DNA of 63,880 nucleotides, counting the filler, from Octopus bimaculoides (lineage: Eukaryota), in assembly GCF_001194135.2 (NCBI RefSeq). It is 8 parts of 8 records of this genome, joined end to end, with 100 filler letters (N's around TTAATTAATTAA, not from the genome) between each part and the next. Parts side by side here need not be neighbours in the genome. Positions count along the whole stretch, not along the records: positions 37,291 to 40,288 come from NC_069010.1; positions 40,389 to 44,675 come from NC_069002.1; positions 44,776 to 47,144 come from NC_068984.1; positions 47,245 to 61,938 come from NC_069007.1; 4 more parts are not named here. The stretch is one strand, 5' to 3'. Shown here one piece after another: positions 37,967-51,148 of this stretch (the first letter of the stretch is position 1; each line of letters opens with the position of its first letter). Below the pieces are notes generated by a model. It was given only the letters and a program-made list of their open reading frames with translations. It was not told the DNA's origin and did not search any database. The position numbers were made by a program, and so were the translations under genes.

Positions 37967-38130
37967 GCATGGCTGTGTGGTAAGAAGCTAGCCTCTCCCA
38001 ACTACATGGTTCCAGGTTCAGTCCCACTGTATGGCACCTTGGGGGGCAAGTGTCTTCTACTGTAGCCTTGGGTCTGCCAAAGTCTTGTGAGTGGATTTGG
38101 TAGACAGAAACTGAAAGAAGCCTATCGTAT
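37967..38130 (+). mobile_element. SINE family A, 5' half
   Basis: GCATGGCTGTGTGGTAAGAAGC...GGTTCAGTCCCACTG...GAAACTGAAAGAAGCC. Confidence 0.75.
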
Positions 38131-38719
38131 ATATATATATATATATATACGGGGTGGACTAGATGGGTAAGTTTGCTACTGTGTGAAAGGAGGGTGGTAG
38201 ACGGAGAGAAACGAGGACAGAGGTGAATGCAAGGAATGGTGAACTCAAGTTAAAGCGTCATCAGTGAAGAATATCAGCGTTGGAACTGGTGTAAGGGGAG
38301 GATTTCAAAGGAAATATGAGTGTCANNNNNNNNNNNNNNNNNNNNNNNNNNNNNNNNNNNNNNNNNNNNNNNNNNNNNNNNNNNNNNNNNNNNNNNNNNN
38401 NNNNNNNNNNNNNNNNNNNNNNNNNNNNNNNNNNNNNNNAGTAACAGCACAGACGAATTAGAGTGTGGAGGGGTGTGAGAGAGAAAGAGAGAGAGATGCA
38501 CTGTGTCAGAGATGTGTGGTGGTGGTGGTGGCGGTGGGCGGTGTTTAATAGAGGCAGTTGATGACCATAAAAATACATTTCAAGATACATAGACAAAAAA
38601 AAAAACAATTAATTAATAAATGCAGACGAGTTAAAACATTTATTGGAAGCAATCATGAAGAAATTGAAGAGAAGTTATAAGGTGTTAATAATATATACCT
38701 GCATATATAAATATATATA

Positions 38720-39580
38720 CTAGCTGATGTACCCGGTAATTCCCAGAAAAGCAAGGCTTATCCCTTGGTTCCATTCTCCTAACTTTTTCGCTAATTCAAT
38801 AACAACAATACAAAGTATGTAGCCCTTAAAACGGTTTTTTGTGCATTTATAGAGAATACTGGACTGTCTTACATAGGATCTTGTTTTTAGGAAATCCCAA
38901 TAAATTATGAATACCCAAATTGGGAAGTCAGTTGTGTAATGACATGAAATTAGTTACCCGATAGTAAGAATTCAAATTAGCCTCAAAAAGGGCTTTAATA
39001 CATTGCCAGAGTATATAGAACTTAGGGGGGAATACCAGTAAGGTATGTATACCAAAATCATGATGCATGTTACGTAATAACAGGTTAATCAGATATGAGA
39101 TGATAACACTTCAGAGTAAATAACTCTGAAAAGGGCTTTTGTGTATTCCCAGAGAATATTACCCTCAGAGGCACTAGTGTTGAAATAGAGTTACAATGAC
39201 TGTAGAAACAGACTGACATTTAGTTTTACAGCAGAGAAAGAAAGAAATTTGTATATGGATTTTAAAATAAAATAACATGTAGATTTATTAGTACCTTTAC
39301 AACGCTTTCAAATATTACAGTTAAATAATAAATACCTGATGATTTGGTGAATCTTATTTCGATTGCAGAGCTTCTTGATAAAACCACATTTTTGGTCTTT
39401 CTTTGTGGGTGCATAAATAAACAAATGATTAGGATTGTTGACTCTTGTGCATCCCACATAAAGTTGGCTATGAAAGAAAACTGGTTCCGCAAGGTTCAGA
39501 CCTACCGCATCCAAGGACTGCCCCCCTGGGCCTTCTTAATAATGCTCATTGCAAAGCTCAGTTTCAACAGGAAGTTGCAG
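38720..39580 (-). mobile_element. Helitron relic: PIF1-like helicase C-terminus and 3' CTAG end
   Basis: The minus strand gives KLSFAMSI.KKAQG.SLDAVGLNLAEPVFFHSQLYVGCTRV, matching FAMTINKSQGQSL..VG..L..PVFSHGQLYVA.SRV. The terminus is a GC hairpin remnant plus CTAG|T at 38720. Confidence 0.8.
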
Positions 39581-39584
39581 GTAC

Positions 39585-40045
39585 TTGTTTGAGTCATTTT
39601 GACTGCGGCCATGCAGGAGCACTGCCTTTAGTCGAGCAAATCGACCCCAGGGGCACCACCTTGAATTTTTAGTCGAATGAATTGACCCTGGTACTTTTTT
39701 TTTAAAAAAGTCTGCTATTTATTCTGTTGATAATCTTTTGCCAAACTGCTAAGTTACGGGGAGGTAAACATAGACAGAAAGACACACACACACACAGATA
39801 TTCTTTTATTTTTTCACTAGGTTCAGTCATTTGACTGTGGCCATGCTGGAGCACTACCTTGAAGGATTTTAGTAGAACAAATTGATCCCAAGACTTATTT
39901 CTTAAACCTAGTACTTATTCTGTCAGTTTTTTTTTGTTTTTTTTTTTGCCTAACTGCTGAGTTACGGAGACTTAAACACATCTAGTCCCCCGATTTTCAG
40001 GTGGTGACAGGGTGGGAACAAACACTGACACAGACACACACACAC
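39585..40045 (-). mobile_element. Cluster of SINE family A 3' fragments
   Basis: Repeated AGTCATTT(T)GACTG(C/T)GGCCATGC and TTACGGxGAxxTAAACA motifs. Confidence 0.65.
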
Positions 40046-40388
40046 AGACACACACACACAGACATATATATATATATAAGAGAGAAGAGATTTTTGGCAA
40101 TAGTACTTACTGAATTGGTGGAAGCCCCAGTTTCTTGTAATGTTTCCAATTTTCCATGAAACTTTCTGGAAGCTTCCGATCCTGTGTGTAAGTTTGCAGG
40201 ATTTTGATTAGAAGAGGCTTTTTTCGACATCTTCATGGACGGAACCAAAGAAATAAAATATGCAGTAAAATTAAATTTCGAACATCAGNNNNNNNNNNNN
40301 NNNNNNNNNNNNNNNNNNNNNNNNNNNNNNNNTTAATTAATTAANNNNNNNNNNNNNNNNNNNNNNNNNNNNNNNNNNNNNNNNNNNN

Positions 40389-40419
<31 letters not shown>

Positions 40420-40866
40420 CATGGTGTATGCGGTTGTGAGAGTGTGTGAGTGTATACGTGTGTTTACTTAACACACTTCCTAAAACGTGTTGTAAATCAC
40501 ACGTTCATATATATTTATATATATATGTGCATGTGATGTTTGTGTGTGTGTGGGGTTGTATGTATATATGTACACTTATGTGTGTGTGTGTGTTTTCTTT
40601 ATCAGTCACTTAAATATATATTGAATATATTCATATTCCCGCGAGAGAGAGAGAAAGAGGGGGAAGAGAGGGGGAGAAAGAGAGTGAGAAACAGAAAGAA
40701 AAAGAGAGGGAAAAACTGAAAGATAGAGAGGGAGACGGAGGAGGTATGAAAGGGAAGGAGAGAAAGAGTTCGAGGGAAGGAGAGAAAGAGTTCGAGGGAA
40801 GGAAATGGAATGTGATGTAAAGGAATGGTATGAACGAGAGTGTCATGTAATGATTGTGAATGTAGA

Positions 40867-40913
<47 letters not shown>

Positions 40914-41054
40914 AAGAGAGAGATAGAGAGAGAGAGAGAGATAAAAGAGAAAGAGAGAAAGAGAGAAAGATAGAGGGACAGATGGAGAGAGGGAGATAGT
41001 AGGATGTTTCGATATGGGCTCGTATAATATGTGTATACATCAGATAAAGTTGTG

Positions 41055-41098
<44 letters not shown>

Positions 41099-41209
41099 CG
41101 AACATAAACAGCTTTTGTCATTGCATCTCATCAAATGCTGGAATATATTTATATTTTATTGGTGATGTCGGTGTTGTTATTTACCTGGATGTCGCTTTTA
41201 CTTCAATCT

Positions 41210-41285
41210 CACTACTACTGCCACCACTACTACTACTACTACCATCACCACCAGCACCACCAGCACCACCACCACTAGCACTACA

Positions 41286-41326
<41 letters not shown>

Positions 41327-41327
41327 A

Positions 41328-41367
<40 letters not shown>

Positions 41368-41396
41368 TCACCACCAGCAGCAGCACCACCACCACC

Positions 41397-41463
<67 letters not shown>

Positions 41464-42300
41464 TCACTACCACCACCACTACCACTACTACTACTACTTT
41501 CTATTGTTCTTGTTGGAGTTGCTGTTACAGTTCTCGCATTCGATGCCCATTCCTTATTCCACGCCTACTTTTTACTTATCTTTTTTTCTCTTTTTATTCT
41601 TCTTCTTATAATTATCGTTGTCGATGCAATGTTGTTGATATGTTGCAGTTGCTGTTGTTGTTATTGTACTTGTCGTATTGTGACTGATATTAATGTTCTT
41701 TTTGTCCTCTTTGTTGGTGTTTCTGTTGCTTTTCTTGTTGCATTCTGTTGTCAGATTTACTGCTGTTAAAGTTTATATATTGTTGCTATAGTTACAGTTT
41801 GTTGTTGATGTTTTTGTCTTTGTTATACTTTTTGTTGTTGTTGTTGTTGTTCTTATTGTTGTTGTCATTGCTTCTCTTCCCGTTAGAGTAGCTGTTGTCT
41901 GTTGCAGTGTTTTTGAATTTATTTTGGCAGGGGGTGGGTGGGTGGTAGTTTACTATTCTGTTATTGATGCGGATAATGTTGATGCAAATATCGATGATGA
42001 TGGTGATGATGAAGGGTAATGAAGATGATGATGATGAAGGGTAATGAAGATGATGATGATGAAGGTGATGAGGATGATGATGATGATGAGGAGGAGGAGG
42101 GGGATGAAGATGATGACGATGGTGGGGATGTTGATGATGGTGATGATGATGATGATGATGATGATGGCGAGGACAATGACAAAGTATAATGATGGTGATG
42201 TTGATGATGATGATGTTGATGATGATGGTGTTGATGATGATGATGTTGACGATGATGGTGATGATGATGATGATGAGGAGGAGGAGGATGACTCTTTTGA
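41210..42300. repeat. Trinucleotide microsatellite field (CTA/CCA, GTT, GAT)
   Basis: Long imperfect (CTA)n, (CCA)n, (TTG)n and (GAT)n tracts; overlapping ORFs are homopolymeric. Confidence 0.9.
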
Positions 42301-42546
42301 TGATTGCAGATCTTTGTTGTTTTTGTTCTTATTGTTGTATTTTTACAGCTTAGTTACATTTATTGATTGTTTTCCATCTTTTTACAGCCGCCATGATGGC
42401 ACTTGAATGGTTGTTTCAACAAGAATTAATCGATGTGCGGTATGTATATAGAAATCTACATATATACATATATATATAAATACATAGATAGATTTATGTG
42501 CGTGTGTATATGTGTGTGTGAGAGTGTGCACTTATGCGGGTGTGTG

Positions 42547-42604
<58 letters not shown>

Positions 42605-43116
42605 AATAAAAATAATACATATGTATATATATATATATAATAATAATAATAAAAATAATATATACATATATATATATATATATACATACCTGCATAAGTA
42701 AACGTAAAGTCAAACACACAGACACACACACACACACACACATATACACAAATAAAATACCAGAGATTTGCAAATAAAGAACGTGACAGATTTAATTTCA
42801 AAGGAAGTTTCGAGAAAAAAATACTAAAAATGGTTTTGGTGGCAAGAGGCGCAAACAAAGTGTGAAGAGAATGTAGAAAGACAGAATGTCAACAAAGAAA
42901 CAATCATGAAAGAGAAAAACAAATTTATTAATCATCGAGAAAATAATATATCGAATGATTCCGGTGTGTTATCAAATAGTTTCTCAATGTTTACAGATAT
43001 CAACTGCAGTTTAAAAAATGGTGACAAATAACAAGAAAACGAACGAGGCTTTGTTAACGAGGGCGTTCAGTACTGCTACACTTGTTGTTGATGTTTTTAA
43101 TGTTGTTGTTGTTGCT

Positions 43117-43152
<36 letters not shown>

Positions 43153-43344
43153 CTTGTTCTTGTTCTTGTCGACAGTGATGATGTTGCCGACGACGATAAC
43201 GATTATGATAACGGTGACAATGTTGATAATGCTGCTGCTGACGACGGCGATGACGATAGTGATGACGCTGATGTTTAACTCATGATCAGCTCCGTTCGAT
43301 CTGTCCCATTATGTAAGCACTCCAAAAGTGACTAACCTGTATAT

Positions 43345-43715
43345 TTTCTAGGTGTGGTTGTGTGGTAAGGAGCTTCATTCCGGGTTCAGTCCCACTGCGT
43401 AGCACCTTGGGCGAGTATCTTCTACTATAACCTGGGCCCAACAAAGTCTTGTGAATGGATTCGGTGGACGGAAACTGAAAGAATCCCACCGTACGCATAT
43501 ATGTAGATGCGTGTGTGTGTGTTTGTTTGTTTCCCCATCACCACTTGACAATCGGTGCTGGTGTGTTTGTGTCCACGTATCTTAGCGGCTCGGGCAAAAA
43601 ATGATAAAATAAGTACAAGGCTTATAAAAGAATTACCGGATTCGATTCATACGACTAAAAATTCAAAGCGTGCCCCAGCATGGCCGCAGTCTAATGTCTG
43701 AAACAAATAAATAAT
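43345..43715 (+). mobile_element. SINE family A (diverged)
   Basis: CCGGGTTCAGTCCCACTGCGTAGCACCTTGGGCGAGT...CCAGCATGGCCGCAGTCTAATGTCTGAAACAA. Confidence 0.75.
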
Positions 43716-43849
43716 AATAAAAGATAAACGATGTAACCAAGAATTAATAGAATTTTTCCTTTTGAAGATGTTGCACTCGAATTTGGAAATTTGAGGGACA
43801 GTTGCCTGTTATTTCATTGAATATGCAGAAGCAATTTCTAGACATGGCA

Positions 43850-44466
43850 ATGATCGACGACACCACACGCAAATTTTACTCAAGCGAAACACTGCAGTCT
43901 TTCAATCAGTGAGATGGACACGGCTAGAACACTTTTCACTTTCTCTATTTCCAGGGATCTCTGGTGATTGTCCATATGTCCTGGCCCGAAAGTTTTCCCG
44001 AACAAGCGGGTCAGCTGTTCCTCGTCGAAGCCCAGATTCTGCCCGAGAACGTCGTCGCACCTCTCCGCCACTAATCCTCTATAGAACGCCTTCGTGGAAT
44101 TGCAGTCGCAGCGCGCCGCACAAACGGCGACCACACCTGTTCACAGTCGTCTATGAAGCACCGGAGATGTCGCAGTCTCAGCGCATGTCTGCGCATCATT
44201 AATCACGGCATGCTCAGCTCTTCATTTAGCGGCTGTTGACAGCAAATGGATCGCCTAACAATGGGAACGCTTCTCTTCCACAAAAGGCGTAAGAGTATGC
44301 GTTCCAGTTTGGTGATGGTAGGGTCGGGCAAGGCACGACGGTCAGACGGTAATCGATGACGGATGCGATGTACACGTTCGCCACCTCCACCCGACATTTT
44401 AGGGATAGCTTCCTCTCGGCCCATTGCTGGGTGAGAGTGGCCACCCTACTCATTATCTCGCCCCAA
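43850..44466 (-). mobile_element. Tx1/L1-clade LINE relic (post-RT region)
   Basis: WGEIMSRVATLTQQWAERKLSLKCRVEVANVYIASVIDYRL followed by LERILLRLLWKRSVPIVRRSICCQQPL...MRRHALRL. This is the typical W..R.LSL.GR..V.N and F.W pattern. Confidence 0.75.
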
Positions 44467-44481
44467 GATAGACAGATAGAA

Positions 44482-44512
<31 letters not shown>

Positions 44513-44553
44513 TAGATAGATAGATAGACCGACACACAAACACACAGACAGAC

Positions 44554-44600
<47 letters not shown>

Positions 44601-44775
44601 CCGACACACAAACACACAAACAGACAGATAGATAAATAGATAGATAGATAGATAGATAGACCGACACACAAACACNNNNNNNNNNNNNNNNNNNNNNNNN
44701 NNNNNNNNNNNNNNNNNNNTTAATTAATTAANNNNNNNNNNNNNNNNNNNNNNNNNNNNNNNNNNNNNNNNNNNN

Positions 44776-44827
<52 letters not shown>

Positions 44828-45005
44828 GCATATATATATACATACACACATATATATATATATACAAACATGCATATATACATATACATACAAACATACA
44901 TATATATACACATATATATATATACACATATATATATATACATACATATATATATACATACATATATATATACATATATACATACACATATATATATATA
45001 CATAT

Positions 45006-45046
<41 letters not shown>

Positions 45047-45055
45047 TATATATAT

Positions 45056-45325
45056 AGACTTGTGCCCGTTAAATGGTGCCTGTATGACCGATATCATTAT
45101 TTATGAAGCTACCGTAGATTCTACGACCGCTAAGAATTACAGTTTTACAGTTTTGTCAAAGAAATAAGTGGGTCTGACGGAGGAAAACTTTAAAGCTAGG
45201 TTCAATAATCACACCTTAAGCTTCAGACAATGGGATAAAAGGAAAACGGCCAAATTATCCAGTTATGTATTGTTTTTAAAAGAACAAGGTGTCAGCTATA
45301 AAATTCACTGGAAGATCTTGGCCAA
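45056..45325 (+). mobile_element. Penelope-like element GIY-YIG endonuclease relic
   Basis: [18 protein letters not shown]...*VGLTEENFKARFNNHTLSF...LSSYVLFLKEQGVSYKIHWKIL. Truncated by a SINE insertion. Confidence 0.8.
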
Positions 45326-46200
45326 GGTGCAGGAGTGGCTGTGTGGTAAGTAGCTTGCTTACCAACCACATGATTCCGGGTTCAGTCCCACTGTGTGGCA
45401 CCTTGGACAAGTGTCTTCTACAATAGTCTCGGGCCGACCAAAGCCTTGTGAGTGGATTTGGTAGACGGAAACTGAAAGAAGCCTGTCGTATATATGTATG
45501 TATATATNNNNNNNNNNNNNNNNNNNNNNNNNNNNNNNNNNNNNNNNNNNNNNNNNNNNNNNNNNNNNNNNNNNNNNNNNNNNNNNNNNNNNNNNNNNNN
45601 NNNNNNNNNNNNNNNNNNNNNNNNNNNNNNNNNNNNNNNNNNNNNNNNNNNNNNNNNNNNNNNNNNNNNNNNNNNNNNNNNNNNNNNNNNNNNNNNNNNN
45701 NNNNNNNNNNNNNNNNNNNNNNNNNNNNNNNNNNNNNNNNNNNNNNNNNNNNNNNNNNNNNNNNNNNNNNNNNNNNNNNNNNNNNNNNNNNNNNNNNNNN
45801 NNNNNNNNNNNNNNNNNNNNNNNNNNNNNNNNNNNNNNNNNNNNNNNNNNNNNNNNNNNNNNNNNNNNNNNNNNNNNNNNNNNNNNNNNNNNNNNNNNNN
45901 NNNNNNNNNNNNNNNNNNNNNNNNNNNNNNNNNNNNNNNNNNNNNNNNNNNNNNNNNNNNNNNNNNNNNNNNNNNNNNNNGTGTGTGTGTATATATATTT
46001 GTGTGTCTGTGTTTGTCCCCCCAACATCGCTTGACAACCGATGCTGGTGTGTTTACGTCCCCGTAACTTAGCGGTTTGGCAAAAGAGACCGATAGGATAA
46101 GTACTAGGCTTCTAAAGAATAAGTCCTAGGGTCGATTTGCTCGACCAAAGGCGGTGCTCCAGCATGGCAGCAGTCAAATGACTGAAACAAGTAAAATAGT
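45325..46200 (+). mobile_element. SINE family A, full length with a gap in the internal microsatellite
   Basis: GGTGCAGGAGTGGCTGTGTGGTAAG head and GTCAAATGACTGAAACAAGTAAA tail. Confidence 0.85.
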
Positions 46201-46802
46201 AAAAGAGTAAAAGAGTAAGTGTAAACCTCATACCATCGGCAGAGGGAAGTGCGGTGTTTGTGATATGGAAAGATGGCTCATCTGGAAAAGTTCCTTAGAC
46301 CCTGCTACATATCTAAATTCAAGAATTGAACTTTTTGGATCATGTCCACATATGACAATATACTTGTTACGCTTTTGCCCCCCTCCAGATCACGGATAGA
46401 ACCTGCTGTTTTATTATGTCCCTGTACAAGCCGTCCTTAGGTCTTAACAGTTTTTTATTGTTTTATATATATTTTTTTATTTACAATTTTTTCCTTTTTT
46501 TCCTTTTTCAATTGTGTGATTGCATACGCGTGATTATATGTATATATAAGTATGCATCAAACGTATATGTATGTATGTATATATGTATGTACATGTGTAT
46601 ATACGTGTACGCGTGTATAGATAATCGATTATAGCAGCGACTCCATCTAAGAATATCTGAAGGAGGAATTTTATTCCGAAATATCATCGGACTATAGATA
46701 ACTAAATTACAACGGGTATATAGTCCATTTTTTGTGTTATAGTGCATTGTTGCACCATTCAAACCATTTTAATCTACACACACACACACACACGCACATC
46801 TA

Positions 46803-46862
<60 letters not shown>

Positions 46863-47276
46863 ATATATATACATATATATATACATACATACACGCCTAC
46901 ACACACATGCATACGCACACATACATACATTCATACACACATACATACATTCACATAAATACACACGCACACATACATACATGCACACATGCATACATAC
47001 ACACATACATACACACATACATACACACATACATACACACATACATACACACATACTTGCACACACACACATACATACGCACACATACATACATTCATAC
47101 ACACATACATACATACACATACATACATTCACATAAATACACACNNNNNNNNNNNNNNNNNNNNNNNNNNNNNNNNNNNNNNNNNNNNTTAATTAATTAA
47201 NNNNNNNNNNNNNNNNNNNNNNNNNNNNNNNNNNNNNNNNNNNNTAATAATATATATATATATCATCATTATCATC

Positions 47277-47700
47277 ATTTAACGTCCGTTTTCCATGCTG
47301 GCATGGGTTGGACGGTTCGACTGGGGTTTGGGAAGCCTGGAAGCTGCACCAGGCTCCAATCTGATCTGGCAAGGTTTCTACAGCTGGATGCCCTTCCTAA
47401 CACCAACCACTCCGAGAGTGTAGTGGGTGCTTTTACGTGCCACCAGCACGAAGGCCAGTCAGGTGGTACTGGCAACGGCCACGCTCAAAATGGTGTATTT
47501 TACGTGCCATCTGCACAGGAGCCAGTCCAGTGACACTGGCACGATCTCGCTCGAACGTCTTTACACGTGCCACCGGCACAAGTGCCAGGAAGGCGATGCT
47601 GGGCACAGGTGCCATCACGATTTCGCTTTCGCTTGCCCCAACGGGTCTTCACAAGCCGAGTTTCGTGTCCTGCAGAGGAGCCAGTCCAGTGGCACTATGA
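47277..47700 (-). mobile_element. SINE/LINE-tail family D ending in (GAT)n
   Basis: CTACAGCTGGATGCCCTTCCTAAC and CCATGCTGGCATGGGTTGGACG; a second copy lies on the plus strand at 56545-56855. Confidence 0.7.
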
Positions 47701-48061
47701 TATTCATCTTTCACTGGATGGAAAACATTTTTTTCATCCCATCTAAGAACAGAACAGGAAACTATACATATATATACATATATACACACTCTAAATAAAA
47801 GTTGAAAACATCTATAAATGAATTAAAACGGAGACCAAATTATAAATAAATATATACATAAAAACACTCTATGTTCAGAAATTAAATAATATTTCATTAT
47901 CAAAATAAATTTTCTCTGGGACAAAATTACATAGTCCATCCTTTTATAACATTTTGTTCCATTATTTTTACCATTCCTCTTCCAACCGCCTTCACTTACC
48001 TCTGCCCCCCACCCAAGTAAAATATAAATAAAAACAGAGCTTGTATAGGTGTTCTTTAACA

Positions 48062-48406
48062 TTATAAAACTACTCTCAAGTAAACACCTTTGCCACAGAA
48101 CATAAGGGGTTCTTTTGTAGTTTGTAATGGAATTTCAGCGATGACATCGGCATGCATTAGGCTTGGAGAACGGGAAGAAATAATGAGGGGACAGTAGTAG
48201 ACATTTTTAGCTTGGGTTTTCTTCAACTCTCTATATCTCAGCATCAACGTGTAGTGTTTTGGTAACACGTCTGAGTCTGCAAACTTGCTCTCAAAATCTT
48301 CCTGAATAAATTCCAAATTTTCTTTGTGCCATTTCGCTTCACAAAGTGACACATTCTCGATGACGATTGTATTAGTGTCTTTGATGCTCTGTTCTTTATT
48401 CTGCAA
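48062..48406 (-). CDS. Dynein heavy chain (DNHD1-like) last exon
   Basis: Acceptor CTCTTCCATTTCAG|TTG CAG; IVIENVSLCEAKW...YYCPL...VIAEIPLQT...KGVYLRVVL*. Confidence 0.88.
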   Translation of the reverse strand: MQNKEQSIKDTNTIVIENVSLCEAKWHKENLEFIQEDFESKFADSDVLPKHYTLMLRYRELKKTQAKNVYYCPLIISSRSPSLMHADVIAEIPLQTTKEPLMFCGKGVYLRVVL

Positions 48407-49167
48407 CTGAAATGGAAGAGAAAAGGTTCATATATATATATGTGTGTTTTATTTATATTCCTGCAGAACCAATGTGGGGTATAGAATATGGAATATACAA
48501 TATATAATATAATATACAATATATAATATAAAATAAAATAAAATAAAAATGGATGGCACCATGAAATAAAGTATTGAATGTAGATGAAATATTGAGTGTT
48601 CAATATAAAGGATCAAGTATATAAATATAAGTATATAAAGGCCTTTATATACTTATATTTATATATTTGATCCTTTATATTGAACACTCAATATTTCATG
48701 GTGNNNNNNNNNNNNNNNNNNNNNNNNNNNNNNNNNNNNNNNNNNNNNNNNNNNNNNNNNNNNNNNNNNNNNNNNNNNNNNNNNNNNNNNNNNNNNNNNN
48801 NNNNNNNNNNNNNNNNNNNNNNNNNNNNNNNNNNNNNNNNNNNNNNNNNNNNNNNNNNNNNNNNNNNNNNNNNNNNNNNNNNNNNNNNNNNNNNNGTTTC
48901 ACGTTCCCGTTTGTCGGCAGTTTTGTTTAGAAAAGGAATGTGAAATTCTGAGTAACAGCTTCTGTGCTATCTTTGCTGCTTTTTAATAAAGCATATTACT
49001 CTACCTCTGGTATTCGAGTACTCTTTTTTCCACCTTGTTTCACATTTATGTGCTTACTCTGGTGTATATATATGTCTCTGTGTGTGTGTGTGTATCATCA
49101 CCATCATTATATAAAGTCTATTTTCCATACATATGTACATATATGTGTAGGTATGTAAATGTAAATG

Positions 49168-49209
<42 letters not shown>

Positions 49210-51114
49210 CATATAAACAGACACACACATATATATATATTTCACTCTCAAGGTGAAATCAAAATTTGATAAACCTACAAGACTAGGTGAAAGCGCTAAT
49301 TTATAAAACATGTGACATATGAATAAAAATCTGTAAATGTACAACTATCCAGACATCTGAGTACCTGATTATTATTTTTTCTAATATATAATTCCTGTAC
49401 ATCACCTCCAAACCTTCCAATATATATATGTTTACATGGACAAGACTTGTATTTAGTAAAATCGAGAAAAAGAGTGCAGTGAATTTGCTATGGGGAGTGG
49501 AAAATCTAACATTTAGGGAAAATGTGAAAGGAGACAATTATTTACACATAAACACTCATATATACATAATAACACATATGTGATTACATAAACACACGCA
49601 CTCATTTGCAATAAAGAGAACAGTTGCCATTCTTTTCTTAACATACATAGCAGCCCTGAAGAGCACAAGGTATTACGAAACCATGCTGCTATCTAACAAC
49701 TGGTTTTAAAACCCAGTGCAAAACCTATTGTTAATGAATCTATAATACTGTACACTTTAATATATCCCTTCTATTGACAAATATATGAGTGTATATTATT
49801 TCTGACTTATATCATTTATATACATACAAATATTTAAACAAATATGCTGTGTGTTGATGACTAAACTAAAGCAGCTTACCATAGCATACAGTTCAATATT
49901 ACAGACATCTTTGAATGTTTTCCGTGTGTAAGTCTGTAGATATGTGTAGATCAGTCGATCGGGGCGGAGGAAGATGCCAAGGTCATGCTTCTGGAAGACT
50001 GTGTAATTCTGACTCAAAGACAGTACCTTTGTGAACTTCGTTTGGAAAGACTGTATCCAGTCAGTGAGGTTGGTTTCTGTCGGGTAAGTCTTCTCCAGCC
50101 AGCATTTCGGAACTTTATTAATGATGAGATCATCCTTCACTTCGTGTAACTCTTTGCACAGAAGTATCTGCCATGGGTTGAAAAAAAAGAAGAAACATTA
50201 CGTATGTATATGGGTGTGTGTGTATGCATATGTATGTGTGTGTATGTATGTATGTTGACAGATCACTGCTATTAATTAAAATGTTAAACACTTATGCGTA
50301 GCAGTGAGGTAAGAAGCTTGTGTCCTAACCACATGGTTCTGGGTTCAGTCCCACTGCATGGCACCTTGGGCAAGTGTTTTCTACCATTGTCTCAGGCTGA
50401 CCAAGGTTTTGTGAGTAGATTTGGTAGATGGAAACTGAAAGAAGCTAGTTGTATATATGTGTGTGTATGTGTATATGAATATGTGTATATGTATATGTGT
50501 GTATGTATATGTGTATATATATGTGTATATGTATGTGTGTATTTATATGTGTATATGTACGTATATGTGTGCATATGTATATACATGAATATATGTGTAT
50601 ATGTATATGTGTATATATGTGTGTATGAATATGTGTATATGTATATATGTGTGTATGCATATGTGTATATATATGTGTACATGTATGTGTGTGTTNNNNN
50701 NNNNNNNNNNNNNNNNNNNNNNNNNNNNNNNNNNNNNNNNNNNNNNNNNNNNNNNNNNNNNNNNNNNNNNNNNNNNNNNNNNNNNNNNNNNNNNNNNNNN
50801 NNNNNNNNNNNNNNNNNNNNNNNNNNNNNNNNNNNNNNNNNNNNNNNNNNNNNNNNNNNNNNNNNNNNNATATGTGTATATGTACGTATATGTGTGCATA
50901 TGTATATACATGAATATATGTGTATATGTATATGTGTGTATTAATATGTGTATATGTATATATGTATGTATGTATATATGTGTGTATGTATATGTGTATA
51001 TATATGTGTACATGTATGTGTGTGTTTATATGTGTATATGTACGTATATGTGTGCATATGTATATACATGAATATATGTGTATATGTATATGTGTGTATT
51101 AATATGTGTATATG

Positions 51115-51148
<34 letters not shown>

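Noticed and set aside
41014-42406. Poly-L/P/V/D/S ORFs (also 43018-43285, 54964-55449, 59258-59564)
   Set aside because: These are translations of trinucleotide microsatellites with no splice or domain support.
44460-44680. Three ~75-bp repeat units resembling a repeat-spacer array
   Set aside because: This is a compound GATA/GACA/CA microsatellite with no unique spacers. It is eukaryotic and not CRISPR.
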